A stretch of 64,000 nt of DNA, taken from the NCBI GenBank assembly GCA_035505375.1, contig DATJQV010000075.1, positions 83,393-147,392 of the forward strand, in the 5' to 3' direction. The notes under the pieces are model-generated. The model did not search any database and was not told the origin of the DNA. It was given only the letters and a program-made list of their open reading frames with translations. A program made the position numbers and the translations under genes. The first letter of the stretch is position 1, and the number at the start of each line of letters is the position of its first letter. The stretch is from a bacterium. Its GTDB lineage: Bacteria; Hydrothermota; Tepidihabitantia; Tepidihabitantales; Tepidihabitantaceae. This document shows positions 18,430-27,233 of this stretch, piece after piece.

Positions 18430-18570
18430 GGGCCTAGGATACCGGCGAAGGGTGCTGAGTCAAGGCGCGGCGCGGGAATTCCCGGCGACGCAATAGGCGA
18501 TTCCCGCAGAAGGGGGTCCAGGATTCAAGGATCCGAGGAATCTAGTGGCGGGTGGCGGGCACCGGATGGT

Positions 18571-18636
18571 TCAGAAGTCAGAAACCAAAACGCGAGACGG
18601 GGAACAATCCAGAATCCAGAAACCAGAATTCAGAGT
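18571..18636. repeat. partial copy of MITE-like repeat family (terminal module)
   Basis: CAGAAGTCAGAAACC...CCAGAATCCAGAAACCAGAATTCAGAG, near-identical to segments at 20861-20935 and 21056-21100. Confidence 0.5.
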
Positions 18637-18717
18637 TGCCCAGGAAAGGAATCGAGAGATCGAGGGAGAGGGTGCGCGGCTTGCCATCGGAGAGAATCTG
18701 GCTATCATCTGGCCAGA

Positions 18718-19029
18718 ATGAAGTACCGGGTCGCATTCGCGCCCGAAGCCCTCGATGATTACCGCCGCCTCTCGGCCCGAACCAGGGCCGAAGTCAGGGA
18801 TGCCATCAACCGGCACCTGCTGCACCAGCCGACCCGGTTGAGCCGAAGCAGTATCAAGCGGCTGCGTGGGACCCGGAAGCCGCAATACCGCCTGCGCGTC
18901 GGGGACGTGCGCGTCTTCTACGACGTGCGAGAGGATGAGGTGGTGGTGCTGGCTGTTGTTGAGAAATCGCGCGCTGCGGAATGGCTTGAGAAGACTGGAG
19001 AATTCGATGAAGAGAGTAGCGCTGGCTGA
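18718..19029 (+). CDS. RelE/ParE-family type II toxin
   Basis: 103 aa: MKYRVAFAPEALDDYRRL...YRLRVGDVRVFYDVREDEVVVLAVVEKS. Typical RelE/ParE fold signature. Confidence 0.75.
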   Translation: MKYRVAFAPEALDDYRRLSARTRAEVRDAINRHLLHQPTRLSRSSIKRLRGTRKPQYRLRVGDVRVFYDVREDEVVVLAVVEKSRAAEWLEKTGEFDEESSAG

Positions 19030-19330
19030 GGTAAAGGACCACCTTTCCGAGTATCTGAACGAGGCGGCAGAGGAGGAAGTCGTCATCACCCGACATGGCC
19101 GTCCGGCCGGTGTGCTCATCGGCTTCGCCGGCGAGGACGACTGGTTCGACTACCGGCTGGAGAACGATCCGCGGTTTGTCGCACGGATCGCGAGGGCGCG
19201 GGGTAGTGCCCGGGCCGGGAAGGCCATTCCGTGGGAGGACGTGCAAGCGGGCGCGGAGTCGGCCTCGGGCGGGTTCAGCGTTTCAGACCGGCCGGCCACA
19301 CGTTCACCCAGGCGGCGAAGCCGCACTTAG
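19007..19330 (+). CDS. Phd/YefM-family antitoxin (toxin-first arrangement, overlaps toxin by 23 nt)
   Basis: MKRVALAEVKDHLSEYLNEAAEEEVVITRHGRPAGVLIGF... The internal ATG is in the same frame as the listed ORF 18866-19330. Confidence 0.6.
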   Translation: MKRVALAEVKDHLSEYLNEAAEEEVVITRHGRPAGVLIGFAGEDDWFDYRLENDPRFVARIARARGSARAGKAIPWEDVQAGAESASGGFSVSDRPATRSPRRRSRT

Positions 19331-19570
19331 CAGCCGGGCGCTGGCCGCGAGACACTGTCCTTCGTACGTCGTCCATCGTTCTTCGTCCTGAGTCTACTGT
19401 CCACAGTCCATAGTCCGTCCGTCTCCTCGTCCTTCGTCTGAGCTCTCTGCGTCATCTGCGCAATCTGCGGTTAGTCTTCTCCGGCCTGGCGGTTAATCCA
19501 TTTTCGATTGACGATTGCCGATTTCAGATTGCCGGACCGGTATCCGAAGCGGAGAGCGGTCGGCGGACTG

Positions 19571-19700
19571 CTTGACTGATAACTTGACTAATACACGCGG
19601 CTGCGCCGCGAGTTTCCAGTGACCAGTTTGCAGGTGGCGGCTGCGGACCGCGACTTGACCAATAACTTGACTAATACTTGACTGATTATTAGACTTGTCC
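19571..19700 (+). promoter_or_regulatory. iteron-like direct repeats (CTTGACTAATAC / CTTGACTGATAA) immediately upstream of fic
   Basis: Six or more copies of TTGACT(A/G)ATA(A/C) in two blocks (19571-19594, 19653-19700). A second copy of the block lies at 21186-21222. Confidence 0.4.
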
Positions 19701-19701
19701 G

Positions 19702-20709
19702 ATGACATTTGAGCCGAAGTTCACGGTTTCGGCCCGACTGCTGACGCTGGTCGAGGAGGTTGCGGCGCTACGCCAGCAGGTGGTCTCTTCGGCCGTGCAG
19801 GTGGCGTGGATTCCCCGGCTGCAGCAGGAGGCACGGGTGCGCAATACGCACAGCTCGACCGCCATCGAGGGCAATCCGTTGACCCAGGCCCAGGTCCGGG
19901 CGCTGGCTGAGGGCCGCGAGGTCCCGGCGATCGCGGACCGGTCCCGGCAGGAGGTGCTGAACTACTTCGCCGGGCTGCGGTTGATCGAGACGCACGCGAA
20001 GAAGAAGACGGTCACGCGCCGAGACGTGCTGCGGTTGCACGCGATTGCGGCGCACGGCGTGATGGACCAGGGACAATCGGGCGAGTTCCGCCGGATCCAG
20101 GTCTGGGTCGGCGGGCACGTGCCGCCTCCGCCGGAGCGGGTGGAGGAACTCATGGCCGCGCTCCTGGATTGGTGGAACGGGCCGGCGCGTAAGCTGTCTT
20201 CGGTCATTTCCTCCGCGGTCCTTCACTATCGGTTCGAGGAGATCCATCCGTTCGGCGACGGCAACGGCCGGGTCGGACGGCTGCTGGCTTTGTGGGAACT
20301 CTACCGGCGGGGTTTCGACACCCACCATATCTTCGCGGTTGACGAGTACTACTGGCATGACCGTCCGCGCTACTATCGGCAGTTGGCGGACGTGCGCAAG
20401 CACGGCGGCAATCTGACCGGCTGGCTTGAGTACACGGCCGAAGGTCTGCTTAAGGCGCTCGGCAATGCGCGGGACCGGATTCAGGCGATCTCGGCTGAGT
20501 CCGGGAGCGAGCCGATTCTGCTCCGTCCGAGGCAGGAGCAGTTGCTGCGCATGTTGCGCGACGAGGGACAGCTGGCCCCGCGCCGGATATGGGAAGGGCT
20601 GGGCGTCTCCCGGCAGGGCGCGATGGACCTGCTGCGACCGCTGCTTGCGGCCGGGCTGGTGAAGCGCATCGGCACGAGGAAGTCGGGCAAGTACACGCTG
20701 GCGCAGTAG
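19702..20709 (+). CDS. fic: Fic-family protein (AMPylation/adenylyltransferase domain) with C-terminal winged-helix
   Basis: Canonical Fic motif HPFGDGNGRVGR. C-terminal HTH-like region. Confidence 0.85.
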   Translation: MTFEPKFTVSARLLTLVEEVAALRQQVVSSAVQVAWIPRLQQEARVRNTHSSTAIEGNPLTQAQVRALAEGREVPAIADRSRQEVLNYFAGLRLIETHAKKKTVTRRDVLRLHAIAAHGVMDQGQSGEFRRIQVWVGGHVPPPPERVEELMAALLDWWNGPARKLSSVISSAVLHYRFEEIHPFGDGNGRVGRLLALWELYRRGFDTHHIFAVDEYYWHDRPRYYRQLADVRKHGGNLTGWLEYTAEGLLKALGNARDRIQAISAESGSEPILLRPRQEQLLRMLRDEGQLAPRRIWEGLGVSRQGAMDLLRPLLAAGLVKRIGTRKSGKYTLAQ

Positions 20710-20767
20710 GCGCGTCGCCGAAACGCGGGCACGGGACAGGTATTCACCACCAAGACGCGAAGGATCG

Positions 20768-21100
20768 GACAATTCAGAAACCAGAGACAAGAATGCGGGA
20801 GTGGTAGAAGAGGGGTCGAGGAGTCGAGGAGTCGAGGGATCCAGTGGCGGGCACCCGATAGTCCAGAAATCAGAAACCAAAACGCGAGACGGGGAACAAT
20901 CCAGAATTCAGAATCCAGAGACCAGAATTCAGAAGTGGTAGAAGAGGGGTCGGGGGTTCAAGTGGTCTAGTGGTCCAGTGGATGAGTTCGGATCAGGCAG
21001 GCGTCGGAAGCGGGAGAGAAGAAGGGATCGAGGGATAGAGTGGCGGCCACCGGACAACTCAGAAGTCAGAATTCAGAGACCAGAAACCAGAATTCAGAAT
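20768..21100. repeat. cluster of three MITE-like repeat fragments with associated CGAGGGAT..AGTGGCGG leader blocks
   Basis: Copies at 20768-20800, 20861-20935 and 21056-21100. Each is preceded by GTCGAGGGAT(C/A)(C/G)AGTGGCGG(G/C)CACC, as is 18541-18570. Confidence 0.5.
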
Positions 21101-21185
21101 TGCGGGCGGAACTGCAAGACATCCGAACGCAGTAGTCCACTGCCTTGGCGAGCTTGGAGGTTGTTCTGGCTGCGGACGGCGGCCT

Positions 21186-21222
21186 GCTTGACTGATAACT
21201 TGACTAATACTTGACTAATACA
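21186..21222 (+). promoter_or_regulatory. second copy of CTTGACTAATAC direct-repeat block
   Basis: CTTGACTGATAACTTGACTAATACTTGACTAATAC. Preceded by the GGCTGCGGAC motif also seen at 19639. Confidence 0.4.
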
Positions 21223-21670
21223 AACAGGGGTCCAGGATTCGAGGTTGGCCGCGGCGGCCCCTGTCGGACAGCGCTGCCCGGCAATCGGTGTAATCTGTGA
21301 AATCGGTGGATGTCCCTTCCTTGTCCGCCCGTCTCCTCGTCCCCCGTCCTTCGTCTGAGCTATCTGCGACATCTGCGTCATCTGCGGTTTACCCACTCTG
21401 TGCCCTTGTGTTGGACTCCCATGCCGGATTCCGGCGACTGTCTCCCCAGACCCGAGAGTGAAGGCACGAAAGAACGCATCAAACCCGAAGTCCGAAGCTC
21501 GAAGCCCGATTCAAGTGCGAAATCGGGCCTTTTGCACTTCGGGTTTCAATCGTCATTCTACCTTCGAGCTTCGAGCTTGGTACAAAAGTGTCTCCCCGGC
21601 CATCTATTTCGAATTCAGGGTGTCTGCGGCGGCTTGACTGAGGTGGAGAGGCCGGTAGGCTTTAAGGAGT

Positions 21671-23188
21671 ATGTTCGGAGCCCTGTGCGCGGTAGTGTTT
21701 GCCGTGGTGTTCTCCGCACCGCTGCCTGTCTCGGGCCAGGCGGAGAGCCTGCCCGCGCCGGTCCGGCACGGTTATTCGTTCGAGCAGCTCTCCAATAGCC
21801 GGTACTCGGTCCACGCCGGGTTCGACGATTCGCTGCCGGCTCAGGTGATGGCCAACGTCCTGTGGGCGATGAGCCGGGCGCCGCGCGCGGGCAGCGAGTA
21901 CCGTGAGTTCTACGTGGCCACGCCGGAGAATGTGTATCGGTACGACCCTTCGAATCTTCTCCTGACGCTGTACCGCGCCGGGGACCACCGCTACAATTCC
22001 GGCTCGGCGTTCGAGGTCGGTGTCGCCGCCGGCCGGCCGGAGGAGACCGGCATGGCGATTCAGGCCGGGCTGCTCGCCGGAACCGCGTTCCGGAGAATGA
22101 CGAATGACGAAGGTCGAACGTCGAATGGCGGACAATCAGCAATCAACGTGGTGAGCTGCCCGATGGAGTGGGCGGCAGACCACGCCGCGGCCGATTGGAA
22201 TCCCGCCCACCCGATTCGGATGGTGAACGTGTTCGGCAGCGCCCCGGCGGCACCGCTGGATACCGTCTGCGTGGCCCGGTCAACGGACTCGAGCCTGCCG
22301 CTGCCGCACGTGGTCGGGCCCGATACGTTCGAGGCAGTGGTCGCCGACCTGGGTCAGGATTCTTCGTTCAGCCCGGTTGAGCTTTCACAGGAGAACCTGT
22401 CGCAGCTCTGCTGGGCCGCCTACGGAGTGACCCCGCACGCCACCTACAATCGCCGGCAGGGGCTGACCGTGCCGAGCGCGATGGCCGACTATTATCTCAC
22501 GGACCGCATCTATGTGGTCGGGCAGGACGAGGTGGGCCGGTATCATAACCGGCTCGCCGACACCGAAGTGACGACGCGCGACCACCGGCTGGAGCCGGTG
22601 ACTATAGGCGACCGCCGGCCGCAGTTGCGGGCAGCCTCGACCCGGATTCCCGGAAGCGCGCCGACCTATTTCGTGGTCTGCGTGCCGGATACAACATCGG
22701 AATCGGCCTTGATGGAGGCGGGGTTTGCCGGGTTCCAGTTGCTCGCGCAGGCAAGGGCGCTCGGACTTGCCGGGTGTCTCGTGGTGCCGCTCAGCCGGGC
22801 CGAGCGGAGGGACATTGTCACGGCGCTCCAACTGCCCGACGGCCACGTTCCGGCGCTGGTCTTCGCGGTCGGCGAAGCCGGAGCCGGCGCAGCGCAGCGC
22901 GGTCCGGCGGCCGGGGTCGTCACCATCGTCCGGGCGCAGTCGGCGATGCGCCAAAGCAGCCTGCAGGTCGAGTACCGGCTGAGCCAGGCCGGGCAGGTAA
23001 GGGCCCAGGTCTACGACATGCTCGGTCGGCCGGTCAGGCTGCTCGTGAATGAGCAGCAGTCATCCGGCTATCACACGGTAGTCTGGGACGGGACCGGCGA
23101 AGACGGCGCGCGGCAGAAGCGCGGCACGTATCTGCTCGTCATCATCTCCGGCGGAACCGTCGCGCAGCACAAAGTCAACATCGGCTAG
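21671..23188 (+). CDS. secreted SagB-type dehydrogenase/nitroreductase-fold-like protein with C-terminal T9SS/FlgD-Ig-like sorting domain
   Basis: Signal peptide. A central region has weak SagB-like signatures (RRQGLTVPSAMADYYL...GRYHN). The C-terminal ~75 aa match the tail shared by the other T9SS-type proteins here (YRLSQAGQVRAQVYDMLGRPVRLL...GTYLLVI). Confidence 0.4.
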   Translation: MFGALCAVVFAVVFSAPLPVSGQAESLPAPVRHGYSFEQLSNSRYSVHAGFDDSLPAQVMANVLWAMSRAPRAGSEYREFYVATPENVYRYDPSNLLLTLYRAGDHRYNSGSAFEVGVAAGRPEETGMAIQAGLLAGTAFRRMTNDEGRTSNGGQSAINVVSCPMEWAADHAAADWNPAHPIRMVNVFGSAPAAPLDTVCVARSTDSSLPLPHVVGPDTFEAVVADLGQDSSFSPVELSQENLSQLCWAAYGVTPHATYNRRQGLTVPSAMADYYLTDRIYVVGQDEVGRYHNRLADTEVTTRDHRLEPVTIGDRRPQLRAASTRIPGSAPTYFVVCVPDTTSESALMEAGFAGFQLLAQARALGLAGCLVVPLSRAERRDIVTALQLPDGHVPALVFAVGEAGAGAAQRGPAAGVVTIVRAQSAMRQSSLQVEYRLSQAGQVRAQVYDMLGRPVRLLVNEQQSSGYHTVVWDGTGEDGARQKRGTYLLVIISGGTVAQHKVNIG

Positions 23189-23278
23189 CGGCAAGACCCG
23201 CCGCGCCGGAAGAGTGAATAGTGAAGTCAGAACAGTGAAACCCGGATCCGTCTTTCACCCTTCACCCTCTTCTGTTTA

Positions 23279-25042
23279 CTATTCCCGGCCGTAGGCCGGG
23301 GTCGGTCGGCTGACCTGCGTCCCCTGCACGACACTGAGGACGTAGAACTTGGGCGGCGACGTGGTGAAGAGCAGCGACCACAGACCTGGGTTGTCATGGA
23401 GCACGGGCATGAGCAACATGGGAGTGGTTCGGGTCCACTGGAAGTTGTCGGCCAAGACGTACTGGCACCGCCGGAGGGATAACTTGATCTTTGCGCTGTC
23501 CGTCGTGATGGGGTAGCAGTAGGATTGCCGGCCGGAGAGGAGATAGACGAATTCGGGCTTGCGGGCCATCACCACCGCGTCTGCGGGCGTTTGCGCCTTG
23601 ATCCAGTCAATAGCCTCAAAGTAGCGGCGCCAGTCCACTTCGTAGCCGGAGCAGCGATCACCCCGCAGGTATCCGAGGTTGTCGCTCACCGCCTTGCCGG
23701 CCAGCGAGGCCATGTGAACCGTATTGGCAAGCACAAGCGCCCCGATGAATGCGGGCGCGAACCGTCTCCAGCCCAGCTTCGCCCCGAGCCAATCCAACCC
23801 GTAGAACAGGAAAACGATGACCAGCGGCAGGAAGGGCAAGAGAAGCCGTTCACTCACCCAGATATTGGGCCAGCAGAGGAGCAGCGGCGCGGCGAAGACC
23901 GCACAGGACTGGAGTGCGCCGACCCGTCCGACAGGGGCCTTTGAGGCCAACTGTCCGACAGGGGTCTGCGAGGCCGGCTTTCTGAAGCTGCGGAGGAACC
24001 CGATTGCCGCCAGCAGGGACAGGATAATGCCGGAGATGATCTCGTACCAGGAGTCGTCGCGGGTAGGAAAGAGCATTCGGGGGATGACTGTTGCCGCATA
24101 GTCGCGCAGGTTCTGCCACACCCGCAGCGCCCAGTCGGAGATGCCGGCACGTCCCTGTTCAAGCGAATAGGGCTGCCTGGCCAGCAACTGTTCAAGGTAG
24201 GGCTGCGTGTGGCCGGCCCCGGTGTTGTGGAGCTGCCAGGGAAGGGTCGCGGCGGCAAAGAGCAGCACGAGCAGGACAAGCTCGCGGTATCGGCGGCGCA
24301 CGAGAAAAAAGAGGAGCACGCCGAGAACTACCGCCACACCCGCCGTCCGTATGAAGCTGGCTGCGACCGCCAGCCCGCAGGCTCCCACCCGCAGGCGGAC
24401 CGCCGTTGCCCTTGACCGCTGGTCCGCAAGCACGAGGCAGTACAGGGCCGCCACCGTAGCGAGGAGGAATGGCATCTCGGACAGGACCCAGTGGTTGTTC
24501 TCGACCAGTGCGGGCACTGAGGCAAACAACGCCATTATCGGCCAGGCCCTTTTCGGGAAGGTGAGCTCGCAAAGGCGATAGATGAAGAACATCGCCCCGA
24601 TACCGGTGAGGACGACGAAGAGCTTCGCGGCCAGAACGTTGACGCCGCCGCAAAGTAGTGTGATGCCCGCGAGTATGACCGGGAATCCGGGTGGGTACTG
24701 GGTGTGCACGGGCGCGCCCGGCAGGTACAAGTCCCGATAGCCGTTGCCCCCGGCCAGCGACTTGCCGAGTATCAGGTAGATAGCGTTGTCGCCGAACGTC
24801 CCAAGCTTGGGGTCAAACAGCAGGATCGACAACACCACGTAGAGGCCGAGCAGTGCGGGCAGGAGGAAGCGGCCAGGGTCGGCGGTCCGACGTCGCCCGG
24901 CGAGTGAGGCTCCGGACTGCCCGCTGTCGGCTGTCCGGGCGTGACGTCCGTGCTTCGTATCGCCAGGCTTTCTGGTCCCCGAAGCTCTGCCTGAGGAGTA
25001 TCCGGGTCCGGGCAGCCTGCTGGTCGGCGTTGCGGCAGTCAT
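23279..25042 (-). CDS. glycosyltransferase family 39 (ArnT/PMT-like) polytopic membrane protein, paralog 1
   Basis: At least 10 predicted TM helices. N-terminal loop FDPKLGTFGDNAIYLILGKSL..GNGYRDL....HTQYPPGFP resembles the GT39 signature. 60% identical to the upstream paralog. Confidence 0.55.
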   Translation of the reverse strand: MTAATPTSRLPGPGYSSGRASGTRKPGDTKHGRHARTADSGQSGASLAGRRRTADPGRFLLPALLGLYVVLSILLFDPKLGTFGDNAIYLILGKSLAGGNGYRDLYLPGAPVHTQYPPGFPVILAGITLLCGGVNVLAAKLFVVLTGIGAMFFIYRLCELTFPKRAWPIMALFASVPALVENNHWVLSEMPFLLATVAALYCLVLADQRSRATAVRLRVGACGLAVAASFIRTAGVAVVLGVLLFFLVRRRYRELVLLVLLFAAATLPWQLHNTGAGHTQPYLEQLLARQPYSLEQGRAGISDWALRVWQNLRDYAATVIPRMLFPTRDDSWYEIISGIILSLLAAIGFLRSFRKPASQTPVGQLASKAPVGRVGALQSCAVFAAPLLLCWPNIWVSERLLLPFLPLVIVFLFYGLDWLGAKLGWRRFAPAFIGALVLANTVHMASLAGKAVSDNLGYLRGDRCSGYEVDWRRYFEAIDWIKAQTPADAVVMARKPEFVYLLSGRQSYCYPITTDSAKIKLSLRRCQYVLADNFQWTRTTPMLLMPVLHDNPGLWSLLFTTSPPKFYVLSVVQGTQVSRPTPAYGRE

Positions 25043-25060
25043 GGCCGGTTTCTTCGGGGG

Positions 25061-26710
25061 TCAGCGGCCCGCTGACGTCGGTTGGCTTACGGCCGGCGCG
25101 CCAGGTTTGACACTGAGGACGTAGAATTCGGGCGGCGGAGTGGAGAAGATCAGCGACCAGAGGCCCTGGTTTTCCTGGAGCACGGGGCTGAGCAGCATGG
25201 GAGTGGTCTCGGTCCACCGGAAGTTGTCGGCGAGGACGTACTGGGACCGCTCGATGGCGGACTTGACCTTCGCGTGGTCGGGCGTGATGGGGTAGCAGAA
25301 GGAGCGCCGGCCGGAGAGGAGATAGACGAATTCGGGCTTGCGCGCCATCACGACCGCGTCCGGAGGCGTCTGTAACTTGATCCACTCAATGGCTTCGAAG
25401 TAGCGGCGCCAGTCTTCCGGATAGCCGGAGTACCGGTCGCCGCGCAGGTAGCCGAGGTTGTCCCTGACGGCTTTGTGCGCGAGCGAGGTCATCTGGACCG
25501 TGTTGGCGAAGACGAGCACGCCGACGACCGTGGCGCCGAGCCAGCGCCACCGGAGTCTGGCCCCGAACCATTCCACACCCTGGAAAAAGAAGATGACGAT
25601 CAGCGGCAGGAAAGGTAGCAGAAAACGTTCGGACGCCCAGGTGTTGGGCCAGCCGAGCAGCAGCGGTATGGCGCAGAGTGCGCAGGCCGTGAGCGGTCCA
25701 AGCTGTCCGGGCCCCCTCGCCGCCATCCGCCGGACCGCGCGCCCGAACCCGACCGCGGACACGAGCGATACGATGATGCCGCAGACGACCTCGTAGTTGC
25801 TCCCCTCGTAAGTCGGGCAGAGCAGGCGCGGCACGGCCCGGCTCGAGTAGTCTCGCAGGTTCAGCCAGATGCGCGACGCCCAGTCACCGAAACCGGCGCG
25901 GCCCAGTTCCAGAAAGTAGGGGTGCTTGGCCAGCAGCTGCTCAAGGTAGGGCTGGCCGCGCCCGGCCCGCGCGTTGAGGACCTGCCAGGGAACGACCGTG
26001 GCGGCGAACAGGAGCAGCAGGATGACGAGGTCGCGGTACTGGCGGCGTACCAGGAACAGAAGCAGCAGGCTGAGCACCACCGCCAGTCCCGCCGTCCGGA
26101 TGTAGCACGCTGCCACTGCCAGTCCTCCGGCCAGAATCCGCAGCCGGGCCGCGGTCGCTTTCGGCCGTACCTCGGCCAGCACCAGGCAGTACAGGGCCGC
26201 AAAAGTAGCGAGCATGAACGGAAGCTCGGAGAGTACCCAGTGGTTGTTCACGACGAACGCGGGCATCGAGGCGAAAACGGCCATGATCGGCCAGGCTTTC
26301 TCCTGGAAGGTGAGCCGGCAGAGGCGGTAGATGAAGAACATCGCCCCCACGCCGGTGAGGAGGACGAAGAGCTTCGCGAACAGCACGGTGGTCGGGGTGG
26401 CCCCGGTCGGGCTGTGCCTACCCCCGGTGAGGAGCGTGATGCCGGCCAGCATCAGCGGGAATCCGGGCGGGTACTGGGTGTGTACCGGCGCGTCCGGCAG
26501 GTAAAGGTCCCGGTAGCCCTTGCCCGCGGCCAGCGACTTGCCGAGCGTCAGGTAGATGGCGTTATCGCCGAAGGTCGCCGGCTTGGGGTCGAACAAGAGG
26601 AGCGAGAACACCACGTAGATTCCCAGCAGCAACGGCAGGAAAAGGCGATGGTGGCCGGCGACGGCGGTCTGAGTGCGCCGCCCGGTCCCGTCAGGTCGTT
26701 TGCTGCCCAA
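25061..26710 (-). CDS. glycosyltransferase family 39 (ArnT/PMT-like) polytopic membrane protein, paralog 2
   Basis: Same architecture as 23279-25042. Tandem duplicate. Confidence 0.55.
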   Translation of the reverse strand: MGSKRPDGTGRRTQTAVAGHHRLFLPLLLGIYVVFSLLLFDPKPATFGDNAIYLTLGKSLAAGKGYRDLYLPDAPVHTQYPPGFPLMLAGITLLTGGRHSPTGATPTTVLFAKLFVLLTGVGAMFFIYRLCRLTFQEKAWPIMAVFASMPAFVVNNHWVLSELPFMLATFAALYCLVLAEVRPKATAARLRILAGGLAVAACYIRTAGLAVVLSLLLLFLVRRQYRDLVILLLLFAATVVPWQVLNARAGRGQPYLEQLLAKHPYFLELGRAGFGDWASRIWLNLRDYSSRAVPRLLCPTYEGSNYEVVCGIIVSLVSAVGFGRAVRRMAARGPGQLGPLTACALCAIPLLLGWPNTWASERFLLPFLPLIVIFFFQGVEWFGARLRWRWLGATVVGVLVFANTVQMTSLAHKAVRDNLGYLRGDRYSGYPEDWRRYFEAIEWIKLQTPPDAVVMARKPEFVYLLSGRRSFCYPITPDHAKVKSAIERSQYVLADNFRWTETTPMLLSPVLQENQGLWSLIFSTPPPEFYVLSVKPGAPAVSQPTSAGR

Positions 26711-27233
26711 GACTCTGTCTTAGATAGAACTGAGCTCGGGCCGCGTAGTCGGTCGCGTTGCGGCGGATGCGTTCGGTCTCGTCGGGAGTAAGCGGCCGCT
26801 TGACCACGGCCGGCACCCCGGCCACGAGCGAGCCGTCCGGCACCTCGAAGTCCTCGCGAACAACGGCGCCGGCGGCGACGATGCAGTTCCGGCCGACCTT
26901 GGAACGGTTCAGCAGTATTGCGCCCATCCCGATAATGCAGTCGTCGCCGACGGTCGCGCCGTGGATGATGGCGCGATGGCCCACCACGACCCGCTTGCCG
27001 ATGACGGTGGGCGTGTTGTAGTCAACGTGGACCATCGAGAGGTCCTGCACGTTCGTCTCTTCGCCCACGGTTATCGGGGCCATGTCGCCGCGCAGGACGG
27101 TGTTGAACCAGACGCTTGCGCCGCGGCCGAGCGAAACCTGGCCGATAATCGTCGCGCTGGGAGCCACGAAGCAGGTCGGGTCGACCTGCGGAGTCCAGTC
27201 CTGAAGCTTGATGATCATCTGCCCGGAGGCCAT
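26691..27233 (-). CDS. gamma-class carbonic anhydrase / hexapeptide-repeat (YrdA/PaaY-like) protein
   Basis: Left-handed beta-helix hexapeptide repeats and conserved His ligands (VWFNTVLRGD..., VGHRAIIHG). Confidence 0.8.
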   Translation of the reverse strand: MASGQMIIKLQDWTPQVDPTCFVAPSATIIGQVSLGRGASVWFNTVLRGDMAPITVGEETNVQDLSMVHVDYNTPTVIGKRVVVGHRAIIHGATVGDDCIIGMGAILLNRSKVGRNCIVAAGAVVREDFEVPDGSLVAGVPAVVKRPLTPDETERIRRNATDYAARAQFYLRQSLGQQTT

